From Octopus sinensis (Eukaryota), in assembly GCF_006345805.1 (NCBI RefSeq), contig NW_021832023.1, positions 1 to 33,889 of the forward strand: DNA of 33,889 nucleotides, read 5' to 3'. Shown here piece after piece: positions 22,075 through 33,733 of the stretch (its first letter is position 1; each line of letters begins with the position of its first letter). The position numbers and the translations under genes were made by a program. The notes beneath the pieces were generated by a model. That model had not been told where the DNA came from. It searched no databases and saw only the letters and a program-made list of their open reading frames with translations.

Positions 22075-22951
22075 AATGGCAAGAAGCGGGAAACATCTGT
22101 CATTGTGTATCCATCATTGAACGTGACTGCTATGAAAAAGAATGATAGTGTTTGAGGAATCATACAACAAAAACAATTTATCATTTATTGGGTGATATCT
22201 GATCACCACAGCCTCCCATCATAGAGCTTCACCCGTCTACTGATGTACTTCTTTCGCGATGAACACCCATTCTTAAGTCGGCGCCCAGAAAACGAAATTA
22301 AGTAAATAAACTGAAGACCTTCGAAATACCTGAAAACAAATATAGATTTGTTTATTTTGTGGACAATTTTTGAAAGTATTTTTAATTGCTGTAATTAACT
22401 CATACACTATTGTTTTATTTTATTTTATCTTTTCATATATAATAGTGAAGAAATAGATGCGCAAAACTACATAAAACATTTAGAAGGGACAAAGGAAGAT
22501 AGATAGACAGACGGATTCACTTACATATGTGTGTGTGTGTGCACAAATACACACATATATGTAGTACGATATATTGATTCCTACTGCGTATGTTTTATTT
22601 ATGTTTTCCAGTTTCAGCTCTTGAGCTGTGGCCATGCTGGGGCACCGCCATATACATATATACAAAAACGTATATATTTACGTGCATAATATATATATAC
22701 ATGAATAAATACCGACACATATATACCTGTGTCTGTATAAAGACGTACATGAACGTGTTATAACTGGTGTGTACATCGTTAAATTATTACTTGTCTTTTG
22801 AATGTCCTGTCAGAAAGTAGGTTAACACGTGAACAACAAGTGTGGAATCAAACGCCTTAGTCACGTGCACTTCCGTATTTGAACACATTCTTTTATGAAG
22901 ACGAATAAAAGACATACGAAAGAATAACTAAACAATGACATAGAGCGCTAC

Positions 22952-23469
22952 GAGGGTCCCAGCTGTTACGATCAACGGAAGAGCCAAGTGACTGAGCAAT
23001 CCACAGACACGTATACCCCTAACGTAGTTCTCATGGAGATTCAGCGTGACACAGAGTGTGACAAGGACGGCCCCTTTGAAATATAGGTATAACTCTTAAA
23101 GGCGGCGAGCTGGCCGAATTGTTAGCACGCCGGGCGAAATGCTTAGCGGTACTTCGTCTGTCGTTACGTTCTGAGTTCAAATTCCGCCGAGGTCGACTTT
23201 GCCTTTCATCCTTTCGGGGTCGATAAATTAAGTACCAGTTACGCACTGGGGTCGATATAATCGACTTAATCCCTATGTTTGTCCTCTCTGTGTTTAGCCC
23301 CTTGTGGGTAGTAAAGAAATAGGTATAACTCATTTTTGCCAGCTGAGTGGACTGGAGCAATGTGAAATAAAGTGTCTTGCACAAGGACACAGCGCATCGC
23401 CTGGAATCGAACTCACGACCTTAGAATCGTGAGCCGAATGCCCTAACCACTAAGCCACGCGCCTTCACT
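22952..23469 (-). mobile_element. tRNA-derived SINE, family D, interrupted by a family B SINE
   Basis: Minus-strand head GAAGGCGCGTGGCTTAGTGGTTAGGGC..GAGTTCGATTCC. TSD TAGAGCGCTAC at 22941-22951 and 23470-23480. Confidence 0.9.
23096..23318 (+). mobile_element. Full-length SINE family B nested in family D
   Basis: GGCGGCGAGCTGGCC..GTGGGTAGTAAAGAA. TSD ATAGGTATAACTC at 23083-23095 and 23319-23331. Confidence 0.92.
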
Positions 23470-23901
23470 TAGAGCGCTACAACTGTTGGAATTTACATAC
23501 GATAGACAGTGTCATTGTAAAAGCACCGTGTTTCAATGATGAGGTCATACTTAAGACTTAAACATGTCCCAGTTTGTCGCCCGTACTTACCTAAATAATT
23601 AAAATAATATTAATCAATGACCAATTTTACTTTATTTTCTCCCTAGTTAGCTTTTCAGTCTTCGGTACTTCTGTTTAACTTAACTATCGTTTCGCACACT
23701 GATGAGACATTTCTTTAAATCTCAGAAATCTTACTTAGACATTTTGCATGATACAGGATGGTATATCTTCTTGCAGAATACAGGATGGCATATCTAGCGG
23801 GCTAGTTATTGATATTGTTTTCAATTATATATACCACATCTTCCTTATTTCCGTTTCAAGACCTTACTACTCTGATAGTTTCTCCACATTCCTTCCTTCG
23901 T

Positions 23902-24160
23902 GGAGGCGCGTGGCTTAGTGGTTAGGGTGTCAGCATCATGATCGTAAGATTGTGGTTTCGATTCCTGGATCGGGAGACGCGTTGTGTTCTTAAGCAAAAC
24001 ACTTCATTTCACATTGCTCCAGTCCACTCAGCTGGCAAAAATGAGTAACGCTGCGATGGACTGGCGTCCCGTCCAGCTGGGGAACACATACACCAGTGAA
24101 ACCGGGAAACCGGGCCCATGAGCCTGGCTAGGCTTTAAAAGGGTGCATTTATTTATTATT
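23902..24160 (+). mobile_element. tRNA-derived SINE, family E (core shared with C and D, different tail)
   Basis: GGAGGCGCGTGGCTTAGTGG..GTTTCGATTCC..CTCCAGTCCACTCAGCTGGCAAAAATGAGT. Possible TSD CCTTCCTTC at 23891-23899 and 24166-24174. Confidence 0.85.
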
Positions 24161-24214
24161 TTATCCCTTCCTTCAGAAAAGATCAAGCAGTCGCAGTCTA
24201 TCAGAATAACATAA

Positions 24215-24515
24215 CGGTCTTTTCGTTCCTGACCTCAATAGTTACATCTGGACGCTTTGCCTTGCCATCCTTGTCAATCTGAACAGGCATGTCCCAGTTC
24301 ATTTTGCCAAGGTTGTCGTCATGTCCCGTGTTTGACACATGTTTGTACCCACACTTCTCAGTTTACTCAGCGAACAGTCAGTATATTGTCCAACGTGTAA
24401 GTAGCTACTGACACGATCGCATCTATGGGTATAATCTGACTTTGCAAAGCACTTAGCAGCAGGAATGATGTAGGCGATTATTTCATTGTGTTGAATGCAT
24501 AGTTTGTACATTGAT
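24215..24515 (-). mobile_element. Decayed R4/Dong/NeSL-type non-LTR fragment (zinc knuckle and restriction-like endonuclease)
   Basis: YKLCIQHNEIIAYII..KSDYTHRCDRVSSYLH, then WDMPVQIDKDGKAKRPDVTI. Matches the CxxC..ET..HI..RHD and WD..I.TD....RPD motifs. Confidence 0.7.
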
Positions 24516-24707
24516 ATTGTGCAAATCAAATTAAACCTTCTTTCTACTAATTCCCATTTCTGTTTACGAATATTCCATATGAGGATTATATGTTCGGCGA
24601 CCCAAAATGAAGTCGGTGCCCCAGCATGGTCGTAGCTCAATAACTGAAATTAGTAAAAGAATGAGAGAATGGGCTTTCTCTTTCCATATATATATATATA
24701 TATATAT

Positions 24708-25033
24708 ATGTGGGCGTTGTGAGTGATTATTGAGCGAAAACACCTAAAAGCTCCACGAGGCTCCGGCAGGGGATGGTGGTGATCCCTGCTGTACTCTTTC
24801 ACCACAACTTTCTCTCACTCTTACTTCCTGTTTCTGTTGTACCTGTATTTCAAAGGGCCGGCCTTGTCACTCTCTGTATCACGCTGAATATCCCCGAGAA
24901 CTACGTTAAGGGTACACGTGTCTGTGGAGTGCTCAGCCACTTACACGTTAATTTCACGAGCAGGCTGTTCCGTTGATTCGGATCAACCGGAACCCTCGTT
25001 GTCGTAACCGACGGAGTGCTTCCATCCATCCAT

Positions 25034-25034
<1 letters not shown>
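24708..25034 (+). mobile_element. 5'-truncated retroelement 3' end sharing its tail with SINE D
   Basis: 24838-24945 aligns with the reverse complement of about 22985-23090. Ends in (CCAT)n; no tRNA head is visible. Confidence 0.65.
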
Positions 25035-25096
<62 letters not shown>

Positions 25097-25195
25097 ATCC
25101 AAACATGAAAACACAAAGAGAAAACACAACAACGTGAGGACGTGGAACAAGTATAGTGTTATTGGACGCACAGGAAAGGAAAAAAAGAAGGAGGA

Positions 25196-25230
25196 GTTTA
25201 ACGTTTCGAGCGGAGATATTCGTTAGAAAC
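25196..25230 (-). ncRNA. Decayed minimal hammerhead motif in a PLE-terminal-like repeat
   Basis: Minus strand GTTT-CTAACGA-A-TATC-TCC-GCTC-GAA-ACGT-T-AAAC. Stem I and GAAACGT are intact; the core (G5A) and stem II are broken. Confidence 0.45.
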
Positions 25231-25385
25231 ATAGGAAAAGGAAAGATCCAAAGAAGGGAAGACGGAGGAAAAAAAATCACCAACGATACACATGCGGTCA
25301 CATATTGAATACATAGATAGATAGATAAATAGATAGCTAGATATATGTGTGGGTGTGTATGAGTGCATGTGTGTAAGTATGCATG

Positions 25386-25430
<45 letters not shown>

Positions 25431-25483
25431 ATATGTATGTATGTATGTATGTATGTGTGTGTAGGTGAGTATGTGTATGTATG

Positions 25484-25532
<49 letters not shown>

Positions 25533-26589
25533 GTGTATGTATGTATATGTGTGCATGTAGGTGAGTATGTGTGTATGTATTATTGTTATTTGTTGTTACT
25601 GTTATTATGACGTATAATAGGAGATAAAGAGAAATCTGTTTTATAATGTTCAGAGTATCATTATTTTTGCTGATGAAGCGCTGATAAAATTGTAAGTTGT
25701 TTTGAATAACCTGAAATAATGCTATGAGATTAAGTTGGAATGGTGAACAGTTGCTTCTGTGCGTGTAATGGTGGCATAAGTGGGGTGGTGGTGGTGTTAG
25801 TGATGGCGGTGGTGATGGAGATATTAGTGGGGTTGTTAATGATGGTGATGATGACTGTGGTGTGAATGTTGGTGGAGTGAGTTGGGTCTTTCGTGTTGAT
25901 GTTAGTGGTGAAGATGGTGATTGTAAGATTGTCGTCGGAGGGGGCTGGTGTTGATGGGGAGGAGGCGGTAGTGGTGTTGTTGGTGGTATTGGTTGGTTGG
26001 GCTGGCGGGGTACGAGTAAAACTTACGCAAAGATAACAATATAATAGTAAGGCTTGATGTGTTGCTATGAATAAGTATAAAAATATCTCGGATGGAAGTA
26101 TCTCTTTAATTAAAGAGAAATGACTAAAATAAGAGCACAATTCTTTCTATCTCAAGAGCATATAATTATTATATGTAGATTCGTAGAAAAACATTAAAGA
26201 TTTACGTAGACACAATATTAATAGTAAATATATGAATAAAAAACATTTATACGTACATGCATACTAACATATGGCTGTAACTCCCACATCCTCAACAGCT
26301 GTTGCAAAATGTCAGCAAGCTACTACCGTCCTATGTGGCATGATGTCATAGTAATAACAATATACAGAACCATATGCATGGAAGACTACCCAGATTGATG
26401 TATCTAAATACTGGTGACACCAGATGCATCGAGATATTAGAAAGTACGTTAGAACATTTCAGTCAATAGTTCGACGTAAATATATTAATTTCTAGCTTAA
26501 CCACAAAGACAAAATTTGCGGTAGGGCATAGATGATTCCATCGACTTGACCGTAGCACTTCATCGTCATCAACGCTTAGACGTTGTCAT

Positions 26590-27358
26590 CTTGGGTCTTG
26601 TGGTTCACAGGGCTGGTTACTCGATTTCTATGGCGTATATGTAATCGAAATCAAAACGTTCTCACTGAAATGATCGCCAATCCGTCATATGATTACGGTA
26701 AATCCTCGAGTATAATCTGCATTTTTTCCCCAAAATTTAACGGTCAAAATCCCTAGTGCGTATTATATACGAGGTTAAAAATGAAAAATATTTTATAAGC
26801 AATGTCCGTGTCTCTATTTGCTGTCCGGCAATGTTTATTCGGACGCATTTTGTGATGTCGGGCGCGAAAATACCTTAAGCTAAGCCTGAAAGCAATGAAG
26901 TCATAAAAGAATCATCCATAACTTGCAGTAAGCAACATTTATTAACATAAAAATATTCAGTACACAGCATAACACTTAACAAAAACAATTTGCAAACATA
27001 TTTGCATTCCCATATAACAGTTAAGAACATCACCATTATTGTATTATGCATGCACGGAGGTGTTTGTTCAACTAGGTGTTGCTGGCTTAATTACACACGA
27101 CTCGAGTTAGATAAGGGGTGTGTATTATACACAAAGTTTAGGTTTTTCAGAAGTACAGCCCCCTAAAAGTTCCCTGCGTATTATACTCAAGGGCGGACTA
27201 TACTCGAAAATTTACGGTACTCATTTACAGACGAGTAAACTTAACAACTTGAAATGAAGTGTTTTGCTGAAAAACACAACGCACCGCACCCTCCAGAAAT
27301 CGAAACTGCGACCTGCGATCGTGAGTGTTGTATTATAATCACTAGACCATGCACTTTC
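26590..27358 (-). mobile_element. Old family E-like SINE split by a MITE
   Basis: Head and core at 27220-27358, tail at about 26590-26693; colinear with 23902-24160 once the MITE is removed. Confidence 0.55.
26696..27217. mobile_element. MITE of the Tc1/mariner superfamily (pogo/Tc2-like TIRs)
   Basis: Imperfect TIRs CGGTAAATCCTCGAGTATAATC / GACTATACTCGAAAATTTACGG; TA on both sides (26694-26695 and 27218-27219); repeated subterminal GCGTATTATA motifs. Confidence 0.8.
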
Positions 27359-28064
27359 ACGTCGTAGTGCTTGGCCGGCACTTATTTCTTAGAACTATAA
27401 AAGGAAGAGACAACTCTAGCGAAATTTAATGTAAACATATTAGAACGAAAATCTCAATATTCTAATATAATTATGAATATCTATGGATTCTTTCAGAATA
27501 AAGAAATTTCTGTTTGCAGGCTTTCATTAATAAGTAATAAACGGTTTCCTTCCGCTTCCTGGTCGAGTTTATAAGCATGACCTTCTCAGATGAAGAGTCA
27601 CAATATCATACGATGCTACGATGATGAGAATATAGCCAATTGTATACACCACATCATACGACAAGAACATATTTGATTCTCCTGTAAAGGAGGAAGGATA
27701 GAAGAAGCAGGGTTTAAACTTGAAAGGCAGAAATAAAATTAAATTCTGTAAGGGATCTGAGCCAACACCCTTTCGTTTCTTTCAAACTTGCCTCCAATAT
27801 TGGAGAATATTTATTCTGCTACACTCGAAAGGAGAAGGAATTGTTGACCAGTATTTGTTGTCCATTGTTTATGAACGTTTTGTCAAACTGTGTATAGTCT
27901 TTTTGGACTGATTTTTGTGCCCCTCCCCTAGGGTGAACTGTTGTCTTCAAGAGGAAAATTTTTTATTTCCCATTTTTGGGGAAAACTATTTAATTTGTGT
28001 AATTTACTTGTGAAATTAATTTCAACCGCAGAATGTCGGTTGAAATTATACACGGGAGAGTAAG

Positions 28065-28505
28065 CAAGAAAATGTGAAAAAGTCTCCGGTGGTTGCCGCG
28101 GTAGCAACCGAAAATATCGACATTCCTGTCGATCAGCTGGAAGGTTTATTTAAAAGAATGAAAGGAGTGAGCGGTGACGTTAAAATATCATCGTCCTCCA
28201 GTGTGGTCGACACACACAAAAAAAAAAAACGGACCGTAGTGTTTAAATCCTTCTGCCCACAAAACAGAAGGTTTAGACACTTCGAGAATGTGGAAATTGA
28301 AAAGTGCCTGTCACCGATATAGAAAGGCGTAGCCTATATTGCAAGGATACGGGCATACGGTACAGTTGAGGTCCTTTTTTCTAGTGAAGAGGTGGCCCGC
28401 GGGCATCCCGTGCGTCCTCTGAAGACAAAGGAGGTGGTACTTCTACCAACATACATGGGAAGGCGGACTTCTCGTGTGAAGGTGACAGAAGTACCACTAT
28501 TTATA
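28065..28505 (+). mobile_element. Probable non-LTR retrotransposon ORF1 remnant
   Basis: One frame with a single stop at 28320-28322: ..KRTVVFKSF..EIEKCL..*KGVAYIARIRAYGTVEVLFSSEEVA..VVLLPTYMGRRTSRVKVTEVP. RRM-like ORF1 character; family assignment is from memory only. Confidence 0.5.
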
Positions 28506-29456
28506 TAATATCGAGGTCTCATTCTTTTGTTGCCGTTTTATTATTATATATATGTGTGTGTGTATGTGTGTGTGTGTGTATGTGTGTGTGATATATATAT
28601 ATATCTTCGAAACGTAGAATAGATGAAAGCTTTAGCGACTGAAGAAGGGGTTTTTCCTTGTGTTAATTGTCCTGTATTCTATTTTTTTGGTGTTTTTAAT
28701 AAATGTCCAGTTCCTTTGGTTTGTGTCTATGTTTTCGTTTCTCATTGTGTTCGACGTCCCTTTGGTGTCCTGTACTCATATATGCCTGTATATGTACATG
28801 TAGAGGTACGTACGTACATATATGTTTATATATATGCATATGTTTTATTTTATTTATTAATATATATATATATTATATATGTCCCCTTGGTATCTTTATG
28901 AATTTTTATAACGTTATCATATAAACTGTTGTTATTTATCACCGTCCAAACATCTAAAGTACATGAGAGATTCGTAATGAGGGTCACAGCACAAACTTTA
29001 TCGTTGCGATTCTTGCCATAAGTTTTCTGCAAATTGTGCTAAAACTATTTTTAATCTTTCATCTGTCTGTAAATAGTTTCCATATACATACACCTGCAGC
29101 TATCTCAGAGTGTATTCTGTTGTTCGTTTTGTGTAGAGTTACTTTTCATACATACTTGTCCATGAGTACTTCCACTTCGTACTGTGTATGTGAATGAGTG
29201 TGTGTGTGTGTGTTCACTGTGCAAATTTATAACACTGATGCACGTGTGCTTTCATATCTGTATGTTTTGTTTATGTGTCGATTTTCGCAAGATCTTATCC
29301 CACTACAGACTTTTCAAAAGCTCTCCGGGAGAGTGAGCTTTAGAAAGTGAGAAGTTTACTGAGGTTAATTATTTTCTTTTTATACTAAGAGTCGACGTTT
29401 ATGAATTAAAGACAAGAACAAGAGCAACAGAAACAACACCAACACCAACCACCACC

Positions 29457-29523
<67 letters not shown>

Positions 29524-29550
29524 TGACAGTAGAATCAGCTGATTGCTGTA

Positions 29551-29672
29551 TTTATACATTATTTACATTATTTACGTTTGGCCACAACGTTTCGGCTGAT
29601 ATACCCTCCAGTCTTCATGAGGTGTCTTGGGGAAATTTCGAACCTGGGTTCTCATACCTAAGGTAGTTTTCG
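29551..29672 (-). mobile_element. Inverted partial 3' copy of the tRNA-head/hammerhead element
   Basis: Reverse complement of CGAAAA.TACCTTAGG..GACACCTCATGAAGACTG..CAGCCGAAACGTTGTG..GTAAATAATG, directly abutting the head at 29673. The hammerhead core reads CUCAUGA. Confidence 0.85.
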
Positions 29673-29742
29673 GGCATATGGCTTAGTGGTTAAGAGCGCG
29701 GGCTACTAACCCCAAGATTCCGAGTTCGATTCCAGGCAGTGA

Positions 29743-29825
<83 letters not shown>

Positions 29826-29995
29826 TCGAAAAATACCTTAGGAATGAGAACCCAGGTTCGAAATTTTCTCATGACACCTGATGAAGGCTGGAGGTTATAT
29901 CAGCCGAAACGGTGTGTTAACAACAAACAAGATGAGGATAAATATCCGTTAAATGTAAACAAAGTAAATAATGTACATAATTCCTCATGTCTTAA
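29673..29995 (+). mobile_element. tRNA-head/(AAT)n/hammerhead short element, copy 2
   Basis: A box TGGCTTAGTGG, B box GAGTTCGATTCC, (AAT)n at about 29747-29822, tail homologous to 5584-5730. Confidence 0.85.
29873..29918 (+). ncRNA. Minimal type I hammerhead motif with intact CUGAUGA and U16.1G change
   Basis: GACAC-CTGATGA-A-GGCTG-GAGGTTATAT-CAGCC-GAA-ACGG-T-GTGTT. Confidence 0.65.
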
Positions 29996-30259
29996 ATATA
30001 GACCTGCTGCATTTATGTCTCTTCAAATTTTGACTAGAACGGAAAACAACAGCAAAACAACAACAACAACAACAATAACAACAATAACAACAATAACAAT
30101 AATAATATTAATACTGATAATAGTCAAGACGAAGAGCGCGATTCGATTGTAAGATATTTTATTGGTTGAACGATATTTCAACAGTAAGTCTGTCTTTGTC
30201 AAGTTCAAAATAAGAAATGATAACAATCCAAAATTAGAGAAATTTAAACGTAAAGTACG

Positions 30260-31310
30260 GAGAGCAACCAGCGTCCACACGTTGATGGAATGACATCATC
30301 AGTTTTTAAGTTACAATTTTATAACAGGCGAAAAGAAAAAGACAGAAAAAAACAGAAAAAAGAAGACGACAGAAAATAGGAAAGAAAAAGAGGGAAAGAA
30401 GAATATTAAATGAAACAGCTTTGTATAAATTTGATGATATTCTCCTGTCATCTTATTCATTCCTCCAGGGCGTGATGTTAATAACTCGCAAATATATTTC
30501 TCCTCATAAATTCTGAGAAGTGAAAGTGAAGTAGATTCAGAATATTTTCTGAGAATATGCACTTTCAAGTCTTCTTCAAAATTGCAACCACTTGAAACGA
30601 AATGTTCAGAAAGTTCTATCGAACTACTGTAATTGTGCCTGACGTCGAATCTGTGCCCATTAAACCTTTTATTTGATTGTTCTGTTGTACAACCAGCATA
30701 AATTAAGTTGTGCTTCGTGCATTTTGCAGCGTACACCAAATGGGAATCTTTACATGTTCTACCTTCTGTATAAATCATAACATTTCTGTTATGATTTCTG
30801 ATGGAATTCACTTCACTCATGTTGTTGCACAATGAACAGGGCTTGCTTCTCTTGCGGCTGTTCTTTAAGGTACAGCATGCAGATACTCCAATGTTCGTTT
30901 TCTTGGAGTCAGATATAGAGGTCAATAATTCTCTTATATTCTTATTCCGTCTAAAAGCTACAATAGGCGGCTGAAGAAATATCTGTTTGAACCGAGGTTA
31001 TTTTTTCGCCACATGCTGGTAACTTTCATGCAGCACTTTTGAAATGCCAGCTAAAATTATGCGTGAAGGTTTGACTATCTTTGCTAATGTTAGCTATTTC
31101 ATTTGCTATTTCCTTTAATCGTGATTCATTGTAACCGCGTTTGACGTAATGACATACAAAAGCATTTGCATGTTTCCAGTAATCCCCTATGTCAGTACAA
31201 ATCCGTTTTATCCTCAAAAATTGGGATTTCGGATTTGACCGAATAAGATGTGGATGATCGGAGCGGCGGTGTACGAGAAGAATGTATGAGGAGAAATATA
31301 GGTGTTTCAT
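30260..31310 (-). mobile_element. Decayed Penelope-like element (RT C-terminus, linker, GIY-YIG, 3' flank)
   Basis: SDHPHLIRSNPKSQFLRIKRIC..KRGY; PPIVAFRRNKNIRELL; LVYAAKCTKHNLIYAGCTTEQSNKRFNGHR. Frameshifted. Confidence 0.9.
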
Positions 31311-31544
31311 TCATCGTTACACAAACCTTAATCAGGGACGTTTTGAGCAGGATGGGCTACTCGACCTGAAGAAAATTCTAACTGGGTCCATCTGCAAGGT
31401 CATGCGCTGTTTATCTTGATATGAGATCATCATGTCGCGCACATACGGTTGTGATGCAGGTGCAGAACTAAACAAATTTCATGATTTGAGCGATATATTA
31501 CCGACGAAGCAAAAAGGCTGTAAAAGGAGGTGCAGGGGTACTAA

Positions 31545-31676
31545 TGATAATAATAATAATAACAACAACAACAACAACCACAACAACAACAACAATAATA
31601 ATAATAGTAGGAAGAAGAAGAAGAAGAAGAAGAAGAAGAAGAAGAAGAAGAAGAAGAAGAAGAAGAAGAAGAAGAA
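31545..31676. repeat. (AAT)n/(AAC)n/(AAG)n compound microsatellite
   Basis: Directly visible. Confidence 0.95.
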
Positions 31677-31935
31677 AGTCAAGATAGTGCCAATTATTAT
31701 TGGGTCTTTGGGAACAGTATGAGAAGGCCCAAGAGGAATATAAAGAAAATTGGAGTAGAGTGCTCAATAGAACTGTTGCAAAAGGTTTGCTTCCTTGGAA
31801 CGACCAGAATGATCAGGGAAGTATTAGACAGCTGAAAAGAAGGAAGAGCATGGTACCGTAGGCTGCAGGTAGTAAGCCGGCTACGCATGTAAGACTTCAG
31901 GAGCTCCAGCAAAACCTGTGATAAAGAGTGAATAG
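31675..31935 (+). mobile_element. 3' end of an R4/Dong-type non-LTR retrotransposon
   Basis: KVKIVPIIIGSLGTV, a frameshift, then IKKIGVECSIELLQKVCFLGTTRMIREVLDS*. Short 3' UTR followed by (AAT)n. Confidence 0.8.
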
Positions 31936-33228
31936 TAATAATAATAATAATATTAATAATAATAATAATAATAATAATAATGATGATGATGATGATGATA
32001 ATAATAAGAGGATGAAGATGAATTTTTTGATCATTAGAACCTGCGTTCTGGTTTTGGTTTAGCTGAATCCGCTAAACTTTGGCTTACATCATTTTTGCAG
32101 TCGGTAAGGCCATAACTCCCACAAAAACTTATAATGATAAGTAATACAAACGGGGTCACAGTCAGATGAATCATAAGGTAGGCTTAGAAAGTAACAGACT
32201 GCACAGAGGATTGACATAACTAGATAAAGTTTTACAGTTGCGAAAAAGAGAGCTACCTGTTCGATGTAGTGAATGTAGATTAGATGTCACGAACAAAGTA
32301 AGCCATTAGTTCGACTCATAAGACCATCAGTATTTGACGAGTAATATAAAGAAAATAAAAAGATTATTTTTTAAATATATATATTTTTTTTCTTTCTGGT
32401 TTTCGTTCTTTCTGTGATTTTAACGACTACGGGCTTGTCTATTTCATTATAGTGATGTCTCATCCACTGAAAACCATGTGCTAGATGAAACAACATTATC
32501 CAAATCTTCTAATTATTTGTCAGTAATTCATTTCTAAAGACTAAAACAAAACGCTTACAAAGACAGAGGATGTGCTGAAGTAAAAAGAATTTAATTTTGA
32601 ATGTCTTGCACTAACTAGCATTTAAACGGTAAGCCAGGTCTTCTAAAACATCTGACACTCCTTTAAGACGTATTATGATTGATTACAGTCTATGCAGGCA
32701 GCTATATCACCAAACTCTATAGCGTATTTGTTCTGATGCTAAACTCAGCTGTTGACTAAAAAAGACGGGCAACTTAATTAACAACGAAGAGTTGCAAAAA
32801 AAATGTTCTAAGCAGCTATTTCATTAGTTTCAACGTTGTTATGATGATCTTATTATACATCTATTACGCATTTGAAAACTATCAATGGTTTTAGTGTATC
32901 TCTTCTTCATATATATTGAACATTTTTGTCTGTTTCTTTTCGACATTATTTTACATTCTTCACAAAAAGTAAAACAATCTTTCGTTCCTGTAGATTGCTG
33001 ATTAGATATTTTGTTACCGAAATATTTTGCATTCATTTGATACGAGTGTTTTGTGGATATAAAAGTATATGTTGCCTTTTGTATGTTGTTCTTGTTCCAA
33101 ATAATGAACTGAGGTCATAAAATGATGGAGGATGTTTTATATTTATGTCAATACTGTCTTATAATAATGCACTGAATAGGACAACTTTATATAGAAACCT
33201 CAACCTTCTGCCTGTGTACTTCCTCCTT

Positions 33229-33437
33229 TTATCTTTTACTTGTTTCAGTCATTTGTCTGCGGCCATGCTGGAGCACTGCCTTTAATCGAGCAACTCGACC
33301 CCGGCACTTATTCTCTGTAAGCCCAGTACTTATTCTATTGGTCTCTTTTGCCGAACTGCTAAGTGACGGGGAGATAAACACACCAGCATCGGTTGTCAAG
33401 CGATGTTGGGGGGACAACACAGACATACAAACATACA

Positions 33438-33482
<45 letters not shown>

Positions 33483-33488
33483 TATATC

Positions 33489-33522
<34 letters not shown>

Positions 33523-33733
33523 ATAATTATATATAAAACATACACGCATATATATATATATATATACATATATACGACGGGCTTTCAATTTCCTCTAGCA
33601 AATCCACTCACAAGGCTTAGTCGGTCCGAGGCTATAGTAGAAGACACTTGCCCAAGGTGCCACGCAGTGGGACTGAACCCGGAACCATGTGGTTGGTAAA
33701 CAAGCTACTTACCACACAGTCACTCCTGCGCCT
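33229..33733 (-). mobile_element. Full-length SINE family A
   Basis: Minus-strand head AGGCGCAGGAGTGACTGTGTGGTAAG, expanded central (TA)n and complete tail. Confidence 0.9.

Noticed and set aside
23697-23735. CTGATGAG as a hammerhead core (also CTGATGAA near 25669)
   Set aside because: No convincing stem II, GAAAC plus cleavage triplet, or stem I; a 7-mer match is expected by chance.
25730-26140. 136-aa Thr/Pro-rich mucin-like ORF
   Set aside because: It arises from a degenerate (GGT/GAT)n tract and has no credible start or splice signals.
29673-29745. tRNA-like sequences as true tRNA genes (also 5463, 10817, 18556, 23469, 23902)
   Set aside because: The acceptor stems do not pair, and each continues into a shared repeat body, so these are SINE heads.
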